Shown here in pieces: positions 48,825-57,188 of a DNA stretch of 64,000 nt. This stretch comes from a virus (taxonomy: Duplodnaviria > Caudoviricetes). Each line of letters begins with the position of its first letter. Position 1 is the stretch's first letter. The notes under the pieces are model-generated. The model searched no databases and was not told the origin of the DNA. It was given only the letters and a program-made list of their open reading frames with translations. The DNA lies in the IMG/VR virus record IMGVR_UViG_3300042013_000103, one strand, 5' to 3'. The translations under genes and the position numbers were made by a program.

Positions 48825-49238
48825 TTAAACGGTGGTGCAACTGTCTTTGATTTTGTACATGAGCTTCATCACGGTGGATTTCCAACTGAGGTAGACCTTC
48901 TCATCCCCCTCCGTGGTCCACACGACCGTGGTTTCACCTTCCTTCAGGAAACACTTCAGGAACGGGAAGCGTTTCAGGTTGTGTTCCAACGCCTCCAGCA
49001 ACTGATCGTCCAAGTCGTCCAAGAACGACCACTCCCCCGAGCGTACCGCTTTGATTTGTTCGAGGGAGGTGGCGGCCAGGTACTCAGGGTGTTTCGACCC
49101 GGTGATCAAGTACATGCGCAACCCGTACCAGGTGTAAAACAGCTGGTTGGTCAACGTGTACTTCTCGGAGGGTGCCGTGAAGTGGAACAGTGCTTTGATG
49201 GTGGAGCCTGCATTGTTGCCCAGTTCGATCAAGTTCAT
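48825..49238 (-). CDS. hypothetical protein
   Basis: Start revised to ATG 49238. Confidence 0.65.
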   Translation of the reverse strand: MNLIELGNNAGSTIKALFHFTAPSEKYTLTNQLFYTWYGLRMYLITGSKHPEYLAATSLEQIKAVRSGEWSFLDDLDDQLLEALEHNLKRFPFLKCFLKEGETTVVWTTEGDEKVYLSWKSTVMKLMYKIKDSCTTV

Positions 49239-49242
49239 TTCG

Positions 49243-49974
49243 TTACACCGTGAAGTAAGGGTCAGTGATGATGGCCTGGACAACCCGCGGCTCAATCTTG
49301 GGATCGTTGGTCCAATGGAGGGTTAAGGTGTACACCTCGCGTTTGGGGCCCAAGGTTTTGATCCCTCGACGGAACACGTTCCACGACATCTTATCGTCCG
49401 TGATTGACCGCCGCAGCGTGTTGACGTTGCTGGCAATCTCTTCTGGCTTCAAACCGATCACGTTGGCGGGGTTGGCCGCCCAGTGGGTGAACAAGGCAGC
49501 AAAGCGGTCTTTGTCAATGCCTTCTTCGGCCACGATGTGCCGAAACAAATGGGTCATCAACGACTTGGGTGCTTTCATGCCCTTGAACACGTCGGTGTGT
49601 TTGTAAGGAAAGTTATTGACCGTCAGGTTAGTTTCATCTTCCGTGGGGTCGACAATGACACTGTACTTCGACACCCGGTCATCACCCCAGGTCAGTTCGA
49701 TGTCCAGCACCGCGGAGTAGGGACTCAGGAAGTCGATGGCTTTCTTGAAACTGGTCCAATTGAGGTCATCGGATTTGAGGGCTTTGTTCAGGTTGCCTTT
49801 GTCAGGGTTGGCTTTGTTGTGCGGTTTCTCGAAGTACAAGTCCAAGCGGCGTTGCCACTTCTTGGTGTTCATTTTTTCCCAGAGCAGGACTTGTCGAAAC
49901 AGATAACACAACACCCCTTGGGCTCTCTGCGTTCCTTTTAGTTGGTCATTGAGAAGATCTTTTACAGAATCCAT
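49243..49974 (-). CDS. hypothetical protein with a two-fold internal repeat
   Basis: LFR...D..W..F...I..L.P...L.W occurs twice; AGGT SD. Confidence 0.75.
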   Translation of the reverse strand: MDSVKDLLNDQLKGTQRAQGVLCYLFRQVLLWEKMNTKKWQRRLDLYFEKPHNKANPDKGNLNKALKSDDLNWTSFKKAIDFLSPYSAVLDIELTWGDDRVSKYSVIVDPTEDETNLTVNNFPYKHTDVFKGMKAPKSLMTHLFRHIVAEEGIDKDRFAALFTHWAANPANVIGLKPEEIASNVNTLRRSITDDKMSWNVFRRGIKTLGPKREVYTLTLHWTNDPKIEPRVVQAIITDPYFTV

Positions 49975-50030
49975 ATTACTGGTCACCTACGGTGGTTTAA
50001 GTTGCATACGGTGTACTGTGGTCTAAGACC

Positions 50031-50576
50031 TTACGTGGTTACGTCATGGCGCTCTCCCATGTGTTCGACCAAGGTGCGCAACAGCACCAACAGGTCGTAA
50101 TACACCCGATTCAGTTGACGGGCGTAGTAAGTGGTTTCTTGGGCTTTCAACAGCGTGTCCTGCACCGACAACAGCACCTGAAGTTTCGCAATGGCCCGCT
50201 TCGGTTCGATCGGCAACCCATCCACCACGAAGTACTCGTCGAGGTACATGTCCTTGCGGTCATGGAACGCTTCTTTGCAGAGGCGGATGATGGTGTCGTC
50301 TGCGGCGTTAGCAATGGCGTTGTTGGCTTCTTCCAGCAACGTAGCAATTGCCCCAAACGTAGCGTGCCGGGTTTCCACCCGAATGCCCATCAGGTCCCGC
50401 GGCGTCAACGCCGTGATCGCGGTGATGTCCACGCTGCGCATGAAGTTCAGGATCAACGTAGGGAGGGCTTCTGCTTTCAGGGCTTCGTTGTCGAAGAACT
50501 CCAGTTGTTGCATGTAGGTTTCTTTCTTCGTCAAACTCGTGACTTTGCTGAACAAACCCCGCAGTTTCTTAAACAT
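50031..50576 (-). CDS. hypothetical protein
   Basis: 181 aa; GGAG SD. Confidence 0.7.
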   Translation of the reverse strand: MFKKLRGLFSKVTSLTKKETYMQQLEFFDNEALKAEALPTLILNFMRSVDITAITALTPRDLMGIRVETRHATFGAIATLLEEANNAIANAADDTIIRLCKEAFHDRKDMYLDEYFVVDGLPIEPKRAIAKLQVLLSVQDTLLKAQETTYYARQLNRVYYDLLVLLRTLVEHMGERHDVTT

Positions 50577-50652
50577 TATATAGTCTCCATTACGTTAGAT
50601 AGCCGTAGCATATGGTTTGGCTGTCATGTACATTTCGCCTGAGGTTATTACA

Positions 50653-51141
50653 ATGAGCGCACTATTGCCACCCCCGCTCCCTTCCAGAGAACCCATGTTC
50701 ATTTCCGATGAGGACCTGGAATACGAAAACATTCTGAACTTCGGCCAGCGCATCCGGATGGAGATGGCGCATCGCCAAATCGCCGAGGGCGTCCCAACCG
50801 ACAAAGATGGGGTGGAACTGTTGCTCAAAACCTTGGGCGAGATGGACAAGACCGCCCTGCAGAAACAGAAGAACCTGATCGATTCCAACCAAGGCGGATC
50901 GAACGCCGAGATTGCATCGGCCATGGCCCTGATGATCCGCAACCAGATGAACCAGTCCCCGTTCATTCGCGACCCTGCGCTGCTGTCCGAAGACCGGGTC
51001 ATGGAAGAACCACCCGCCGACCTGTTCGTGGGCATCACCCATGCAGAAGGCGAAACCGTGATGGGGGTTATCTCAGAAACCGTGGACGAGTTCAACGCCC
51101 GGATGGACCAGATGTTCGCCACGGAAGACGATGACGAATAA
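50653..51141 (+). CDS. acidic hypothetical protein
   Basis: GAGGT SD, ATG 50653. Confidence 0.7.
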   Translation: MSALLPPPLPSREPMFISDEDLEYENILNFGQRIRMEMAHRQIAEGVPTDKDGVELLLKTLGEMDKTALQKQKNLIDSNQGGSNAEIASAMALMIRNQMNQSPFIRDPALLSEDRVMEEPPADLFVGITHAEGETVMGVISETVDEFNARMDQMFATEDDDE

Positions 51142-51161
51142 CCCAAAAAAGAAAACACTGT

Positions 51162-51185
51162 GCCCAGCTCCTTTCGGGGCTGGGC
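51162..51185. terminator. terminator between convergent genes
   Basis: GCCCAGCTCC/GGGGCTGGGC followed by TTATGTCG. Confidence 0.8.
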
Positions 51186-51197
51186 TTATGTCGTCGA

Positions 51198-51551
51198 TCA
51201 CTTCACCTGTGCTAACCAATCCTGAACGATTGGCATAGCCCACTCCGGATCTCGGTCACCTGCCACACAGGCATTGACGAGTCTCAGGGAATTGGTGATG
51301 TGATCATTGTTCTCGAGGTTGGAGTAATCAAACTCTCCAGTGTTAATCGAGACGTCTTGCGGACGGGTGGGTTCGTGCGGCGCCCAGTCCATGTCTTCCA
51401 GGTCTGGCGCGCCGGTCGCGGTGGCCAGGTCGTACTCGTTGTTGATTACGCTGCGCACCAGCAGGACGGCCCCGACTGTGGTCAAGACCGCGACGGATGC
51501 CATGGCCAGTTCACCCACGTGTTTCTCGCACCACTTGGTAAAACGGTTCAT
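51198..51551 (-). CDS. single-pass membrane protein
   Basis: Start revised to ATG 51551 (AAGGA SD); TM segment LAMASVAVLTTVGAVLLV; acidic C-terminus. Confidence 0.7.
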   Translation of the reverse strand: MNRFTKWCEKHVGELAMASVAVLTTVGAVLLVRSVINNEYDLATATGAPDLEDMDWAPHEPTRPQDVSINTGEFDYSNLENNDHITNSLRLVNACVAGDRDPEWAMPIVQDWLAQVK

Positions 51552-51616
51552 GTTGAGTTCCTTAAATTTGAGTTCTACTGCCATTGGAGTGTTCCTTTTG
51601 TAAAGCACGGCATAAA

Positions 51617-51636
51617 GCCTTCCCCGAAGGGAAGGC
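51617..51636 (-). terminator. intrinsic terminator (UUCG loop)
   Basis: GCCTTCCC-TTCG-GGGAAGGC then TTTATGCCG. Confidence 0.8.
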
Positions 51637-51649
51637 CGTAGCGGTTCGA

Positions 51650-51880
51650 TCAGTTGACGGCTTCGTCACCCAGGGTTTCCACGTGGGCATCCACCACGAT
51701 TGGGCCGGTGCTGCTGGCATCGTCCAGTTCCGCAGCGTTGGCAATGCCTTCCGGATCGGTAGGCTCAGCCGACTGCGAGTTGTACAGGCACACCGCACCG
51801 ATGGTAGCCAGGGTCAGGCCAGTGCCGGACAGGAGGGCGATACGGTTGCGGGACAGGAAAGAACCGATTGCTTTGAACAT
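51650..51880 (-). CDS. single-pass membrane microprotein
   Basis: TM segment IALLSGTGLTLATIGAVCL; acidic C-terminus. Confidence 0.7.
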   Translation of the reverse strand: MFKAIGSFLSRNRIALLSGTGLTLATIGAVCLYNSQSAEPTDPEGIANAAELDDASSTGPIVVDAHVETLGDEAVN

Positions 51881-51927
51881 TGAGTTATACCTTTTGAGGA
51901 GTTACAATTGATAGTAATTGCGCAGAA

Positions 51928-51940
51928 GTGATATAGTCTT
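51928..51940 (-). promoter_or_regulatory. phiKZ-type early promoter
   Basis: AAGACTATATCAC on the minus strand, 48 nt upstream of the 51880 ATG. Confidence 0.75.
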
Positions 51941-51959
51941 TTAAATCGTTTCAATGCAA

Positions 51960-52262
51960 TTAACTAACCGGGGGTTCATCGGACAGCATGTGGCGGATGC
52001 AATCCAGGATCAAAGAATCCGCCGTGCCATCTTCTTTCAGGTCAGTGATCAACAGGGCGATGTCGTCCTGCATTTCTTTGTCCGCTGCATTCAGCAGGGT
52101 TTGCAAATCATCTGGAAGAAAGCTCACGTCGGTGTCTCCTAGATCGTTGGCAAAGATTGCTGGAAGGGCCAACGCGACAGCCCCTCCCAGTGTGACTACG
52201 CCGAGTGCAATAGTCCCAGCGACTTTGAACTTGTTACCATGGCGTTTCCAAAACTCTTTCAT
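51960..52262 (-). CDS. single-pass membrane protein
   Basis: TM segment VAGTIALGVVTLGGAVALAL; acidic C-terminus. Confidence 0.7.
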   Translation of the reverse strand: MKEFWKRHGNKFKVAGTIALGVVTLGGAVALALPAIFANDLGDTDVSFLPDDLQTLLNAADKEMQDDIALLITDLKEDGTADSLILDCIRHMLSDEPPVS

Positions 52263-52278
52263 TTCTCAATCCTTTCGT

Positions 52279-54762
52279 TTACCCGAGCGTTACGTTTTTG
52301 TTGTAAACGTCAGGCACCACGCAGTTGGTCGGATCCAGCACTACAAACTCTGCAGTATTGAAGGCTCCGTGGATGGATTCAAAGTGAGAGATGTAGAAGA
52401 TTTGTTTGTACGTGCCCATCTCGATGAAACTCGAAATGAACGGCACGACGTTGGTGCGGTGTTGTTCGTCGAAGTCACGCCCGAACTCGTCCAGATACAG
52501 CGGGTAGTCGTTGTAACCCAAGAACTTCAACACGGCCAACCGGAAGGCAAAGTTCACGATGGCGACTTGGGAGTCGGAACCGTCTGCAATGTCATCCGTG
52601 ATCACGGCACCGTTGTTCACGGACAGGGGGAAGTTGTAATCCAGTTCGTCTTTGGTGAGCTTGGACGGCAACACCTCCAGTTTGTGCGACCACACGTTGT
52701 CGATGATCGCGTTCACCAGCCCACAGACCCCTTGCATGAAGCCCATCATGTACGTTCCGATCAACCCCCCGGTTGGCGCTAAGGCTTTCACCAGCAGCGT
52801 CAAGTCCGCGTGGGCTTCGGATGCGTGCAGCACGGTCTCTTCCATGGCCCGGATCGTGGTTTCCCGTTTCTCCAGTTCGTGCAGCGTCCGTTGGGTGTGC
52901 GACAACCGCACCTGGGTCACGTTGATCTCTTCCTCGTAGGCTTTGTCCAACAGCCATTCCGCGTGGGCTTTCAATTTACCCTGCAAGCGTTCGTACCGGT
53001 CGAACAACCGTTCCGCCGCTTCGAGGAACGCCTCCACCTGCAACCCAGAATCGGCGTAGGCTTGGTTCTCCCTGCGTTTGTCGTTGATGAACAGCGAGCG
53101 GGTGTTGATCTCGGCTTCCAACCGTTGAGCCCGTTCCCGCATGTACCCGACGGCGTCTTGGTCAATCTCCGCGATCTGCTGCAGGCGCTGCTCCAGTACG
53201 TTAGCCCGAGCCAAGCGCAGTTTCGACTGAGCGTACTCGCGCATGGCCGCGTGCCAATCCAACATGTCTGTGACATGGAGCCTTGGGCTGCGGTACATGA
53301 TTGACTCACCCCCGCAGTAATCCCACAGGTCCTGGAACTGGGAGAAGTCCTTGGTGATCTGCACAAAGTTGTACACGTGACCCGAGTAGGTCTGGTACGC
53401 CTCCATGTATTCCTCCAAAGCTTTCAGTTCCACGTCGGTTTGGTCCAAGGCATCGGCTAAGCGAGCTTGCTTGGTTTCCAACCCCGACTGCTCTTCCGGT
53501 TCCACCCCTGGTCGGAAGGTGTGCTGGCAATTCGGGCACTTGACGTGTTCACAGCCTTTCAACGTGGCGATCCGACGAGAGACCGTGGTGTGCATCCCGT
53601 CCAAGGTTTTGCGTTTGTCCCGCAGTTCATGCAGCCGCGCCCGGTTCACTTGCGCGTCGGCGGAGTTCATCCAGCCATCGGCGTTGTCCGGGATCGACGT
53701 CGCTACGGCGTGCCAACGACTAAAGAGTGCATCCAGCTTACCAAGTGGATCACCGCTAATATCGAAAGCGATGAGAGGGAATTGCCCAGCATAACGCTGA
53801 CTGTACTCGGCGTGCTGTTCCGCGTGCCGCAGGTGTTCCGTGTGTTCATCCTTCAAAGCCTGTAATTCTGCCGGGGTAATCCGCTCGGCGGTTTGGGTGT
53901 TGGTGTTGAGTAAGCTTTCCAGCTCTTCTATCAGACGGTCTACAACGTGCTGTACGCCGGTGTACTCCGCTACCTGCTCACTGATCAGAGATCGGTGTTC
54001 ATCGCGCCCAGAAACGCGTACAGAGCCTGTCAGACGGGGATACTGGCGCAGCAGCGTGTGTGCATCGGCCACGAGGGCTTCTAATTCCGCTTTTGCCGCT
54101 TCTGGGGTGCGGAACTGTTGCTGCACGTTGTTCTGACGGTCTTGGAACAACCGGTTGAGCCGGCCTACCAAGCGATCAGTCTCACTGCGCATCTGAGACA
54201 TCTGTGCGTCGTCGAGCAAATCGTGGTTCTTGGTGCTGAGTTCCCGGGTGGTCTCTTTGATCTGCCCGAGTTTATCGCGGTGCGCGGTTTTGGTGCGGTT
54301 GTACACGTTGAACGCGTAGCCCAGGTCCACCGGCGACATCCGGGTCAACCACTCACGGCGTTTCGCGGTGGTGAAGTTGGTGAATCGATGCTGCCCGGTC
54401 ATGAGCTGTTTGATTTCGGTGTTCATGCGGAACTCTTGCCAGCAGAGCTCTTCCTGCACCGCAAATGTACCGCCTGGGTTCAACTCCACCCCATCGCGGA
54501 TAAACGAATGTTCCCCCGTCCCGCGGTTGTACACCGAATGCAGTTGGTAAACGGATTCGTTGTGCAAGCAATGGAAGGTTTTCGACCCCCCAACCTTGAA
54601 CGCAAAGTGCTTTGGTGGGAGTGGGGTCATTTGGTCAATGACCGATGACTTGCCCGATCCATTACGCCCTATTACGATCATCAGGTTCTTAGAGGGAGTC
54701 CATTCGAATGTTTGAATGTTAGACAGCATTAAACGCTTGTACTTCTTCAAACACAGCAACAT
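52279..54762 (-). CDS. sbcC: SbcC/Rad50-like SMC ATPase, phiKZ gp165-like
   Basis: Walker A GRNGSGKSS, coiled coils, Zn-hook CPNC, signature GSDSQ, Walker B LYLDE, ISH H-loop. Confidence 0.92.
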   Translation of the reverse strand: MLLCLKKYKRLMLSNIQTFEWTPSKNLMIVIGRNGSGKSSVIDQMTPLPPKHFAFKVGGSKTFHCLHNESVYQLHSVYNRGTGEHSFIRDGVELNPGGTFAVQEELCWQEFRMNTEIKQLMTGQHRFTNFTTAKRREWLTRMSPVDLGYAFNVYNRTKTAHRDKLGQIKETTRELSTKNHDLLDDAQMSQMRSETDRLVGRLNRLFQDRQNNVQQQFRTPEAAKAELEALVADAHTLLRQYPRLTGSVRVSGRDEHRSLISEQVAEYTGVQHVVDRLIEELESLLNTNTQTAERITPAELQALKDEHTEHLRHAEQHAEYSQRYAGQFPLIAFDISGDPLGKLDALFSRWHAVATSIPDNADGWMNSADAQVNRARLHELRDKRKTLDGMHTTVSRRIATLKGCEHVKCPNCQHTFRPGVEPEEQSGLETKQARLADALDQTDVELKALEEYMEAYQTYSGHVYNFVQITKDFSQFQDLWDYCGGESIMYRSPRLHVTDMLDWHAAMREYAQSKLRLARANVLEQRLQQIAEIDQDAVGYMRERAQRLEAEINTRSLFINDKRRENQAYADSGLQVEAFLEAAERLFDRYERLQGKLKAHAEWLLDKAYEEEINVTQVRLSHTQRTLHELEKRETTIRAMEETVLHASEAHADLTLLVKALAPTGGLIGTYMMGFMQGVCGLVNAIIDNVWSHKLEVLPSKLTKDELDYNFPLSVNNGAVITDDIADGSDSQVAIVNFAFRLAVLKFLGYNDYPLYLDEFGRDFDEQHRTNVVPFISSFIEMGTYKQIFYISHFESIHGAFNTAEFVVLDPTNCVVPDVYNKNVTLG

Positions 54763-54848
54763 GATAAACATAATAAAGCCCTTTTAGACGTGTACCCTTT
54801 ACCCTATAGACTTAACCACTCCAGTAGATTTAGCCCGGAACGGTACCC

Positions 54849-55697
54849 ATGGAAACTTCTGAATTCAAACTCGTGTCAATTGGCTTAGTCCATGAGATGA
54901 AACCGCGCGGTGAGCGCCAATGCAACGTGATCAAAGTAGAGGACTCGTCCGCCCTAGACGGGGAGACTGCCTACAACCCTCAAACCAAGGTTCTCAAGGG
55001 CACGGACAAAGAAGGCAAAGAGTACAACGTCAAGGCCACCACCGAAGCCGGGTTGATCATGGAATGGCTGCCGTCCGAAGACAACCGAGTCACCCCACCC
55101 GACATGGTTCGGGGGGAACTGGTGGAAGTCTGGCAGATGAGCGACGGCGACAAGTACTTTTGGCGGTGCCTAGGGCTCCGTAACGGCTTACGCAGCCTCG
55201 AGTCGGTGATCTGGATGGTAGGGGCCACCCCCGACATCAAAGGGCACGGCATGGACTTCAGCAAAGCCTACATCTTCCAAATGTCCGGCCACGACAAGCA
55301 CATCACCATCGCCACGTCGAAAGACAACGGCGAACCGCACGCGTGGACCTTCCAAATCAACACCGGGCAATCGGAGTTCACTCTCAAGGACGACATCGAC
55401 AACGAGTTCGAGATCGTTTCCGCGGATAACCGGTTGCAACTGAAGAACGCCGACGGGACGTACATCAAGATCGAACGCCAGTTCATTGAAATGGACGCCG
55501 CCCAGTACATCCAACTCAAGGTGGGGGGAACGGTGATGAAACTCACCCCTGACGCGTACACGTTGAAGACCACCAACGACACGGTGACCTCCACCAACTC
55601 GAAACACACCACCAGCACCCGGCAAGTCACGGCCTCCTCGTATAAAGTCGAAGCGGCCCAAGTCAGTTTCGTCTGCGGTACGTTTGCCATCATCTAA
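54849..55697 (+). CDS. baseplate central spike protein, phiKZ gp164-like
   Basis: N-terminal OB-like region, C-terminal beta-helix-like T/S-rich strands, followed by a PAAR gene. Confidence 0.75.
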   Translation: METSEFKLVSIGLVHEMKPRGERQCNVIKVEDSSALDGETAYNPQTKVLKGTDKEGKEYNVKATTEAGLIMEWLPSEDNRVTPPDMVRGELVEVWQMSDGDKYFWRCLGLRNGLRSLESVIWMVGATPDIKGHGMDFSKAYIFQMSGHDKHITIATSKDNGEPHAWTFQINTGQSEFTLKDDIDNEFEIVSADNRLQLKNADGTYIKIERQFIEMDAAQYIQLKVGGTVMKLTPDAYTLKTTNDTVTSTNSKHTTSTRQVTASSYKVEAAQVSFVCGTFAII

Positions 55698-55708
55698 GGA
55701 ACCCACCC

Positions 55709-55972
55709 ATGACCGGCATTGCACAAGGGAACATCAGCACCGCAGGGGGTGTGATTCTTCCCATCCAAACCAAGCTCATCGTGAAGGGTCAACCAGCGGC
55801 TACGTTGGGCTCACCCATCGCGTCCCACGGACCGGGTCCTCATGTCGGGGCTACCATGGTTCAAGGCTCAGCCAAACTCACGGTAGACGGCGTCCCAGTG
55901 GTGTTGGCGGGGCACCGAGCAAGCTGTAACCACGTCGCCACTGGCAACCCGGCGGTGAGCTGTTCTGCGTAA
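55709..55972 (+). CDS. PAAR spike-tip protein
   Basis: PAATLGS and PVVLAGH repeats; His/Cys metal ligands; 87 aa. Confidence 0.88.
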   Translation: MTGIAQGNISTAGGVILPIQTKLIVKGQPAATLGSPIASHGPGPHVGATMVQGSAKLTVDGVPVVLAGHRASCNHVATGNPAVSCSA

Positions 55973-55983
55973 CGCGGCATAAA

Positions 55984-56007
55984 GGCCCCTTCCTGACGGG
56001 AGGGGCT
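55984..56007. terminator. bidirectional terminator
   Basis: GCCCCTTCC/GGGAGGGGC flanked by CGGCATAAA and CTATGTCG. Confidence 0.8.
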
Positions 56008-56015
56008 CTATGTCG

Positions 56016-57185
56016 TTACAGGCCTTCGTTCTCGTAGTGCGTGATGCACTGGCCGATGAAAGCCAGGTAGATGTTCAACGTCACCGCCAACCAATGCATG
56101 TAGTAACCTTGCGGCTCCTGCAGTTTTTTGGAGATCTCCCCCAGCATGTGGATGAGTTGGTTGTCGTTCTTACCGGTCGCTTGGTTGCTCTCGGCAATCT
56201 GACGGATGGCGTCGTCCACCACGTGCTTCACCGACACGAAACTGGTTTCCCCGACTTTCACTTTGTCAGTGAGGGCCAGGATCGCCGCGATGGCGTCCAA
56301 CAGTTTCCCTAGTTGCATCACTGGGGGTACTGCAATCTCGCGTTCCGAGCGGTCCATGGTGGCCAGCTGCAGTTCCGAGAAAGACATGATCAAGGCTTTG
56401 CGGATGGCGTTCTGCGAGTCCTCGTTGGCTTCGCAGCGTTCCACGACTTCTTCTGGTGGGGTGTACACGAACGCGTAGTTCCCCGGCAAGATCGTTGAAC
56501 GGTCCAACCCTTCTTGGCCCATTTCACGCCCAGACATGGCCACGGCCCCTTTCGGACGCACGAAGTGCTGGCGCATGGCGGTGGCAAACTCTTGGGCCCC
56601 TTTCGCGGCGACGTCGTCCCCAGGGTTATTGGCCACCAGGTTCAACATCCGACGGCTGCTGTCCCGGGCAATCCCCACCACGGCTTTCGGATACACGTTC
56701 AGCACGTAATCCGTGATCGCGGCGATGTCGCTCAGGTTGGACAGCTCCGACCCGACAAACTCGCCATTGATGGACAAGCGTTGCAGGCCGGAGACCGTGA
56801 TGCTCCCCGAAGTGGCACGGGAGTTCAGTTTGGAAAACCGTTTGGTCAGCCCGATTTGTGTCTTGCGGACACGGGCGGTGCTGCCAGTGAACTTGACGTA
56901 GAGAGAACTGAGGGTTTCGTACACGTACCGGATCATTTCCCGGGCGATACGGGCAGCTTCTTTCAAACCTGCCTTCAAAGCCCTCAGTGTGATCATCCCA
57001 GTTTGCGCAACGTCAAACTGAGGGTCAATGCTCTCAATGGAGATGAGCATGGTTTTTGCCACGTCACCTCCAATCTCATCGCGTCCATCCAGCAACCGAA
57101 TGTACTGCTCCAGACTGGTCGAGTACTTGGCCAACCGCTCCATGTCCCGATCCACATCTCGGTTAAACTGTTTGATGGACATCAT
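56016..57185 (-). CDS. internal head protein (phiKZ gp162/gp163 paralogue family)
   Basis: SLE/SIE processing sites; shared S.ILPG.Y...; L..GGEF motifs with its neighbour; synteny. Confidence 0.72.
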   Translation of the reverse strand: MMSIKQFNRDVDRDMERLAKYSTSLEQYIRLLDGRDEIGGDVAKTMLISIESIDPQFDVAQTGMITLRALKAGLKEAARIAREMIRYVYETLSSLYVKFTGSTARVRKTQIGLTKRFSKLNSRATSGSITVSGLQRLSINGEFVGSELSNLSDIAAITDYVLNVYPKAVVGIARDSSRRMLNLVANNPGDDVAAKGAQEFATAMRQHFVRPKGAVAMSGREMGQEGLDRSTILPGNYAFVYTPPEEVVERCEANEDSQNAIRKALIMSFSELQLATMDRSEREIAVPPVMQLGKLLDAIAAILALTDKVKVGETSFVSVKHVVDDAIRQIAESNQATGKNDNQLIHMLGEISKKLQEPQGYYMHWLAVTLNIYLAFIGQCITHYENEGL

Positions 57186-57188
57186 GAG

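Noticed and set aside
50575-50586. AGACTATATAAT as a fifth early promoter
   Set aside because: It lacks the YAC end and lies between the GGAG SD and the ATG, too close to be a promoter for that gene
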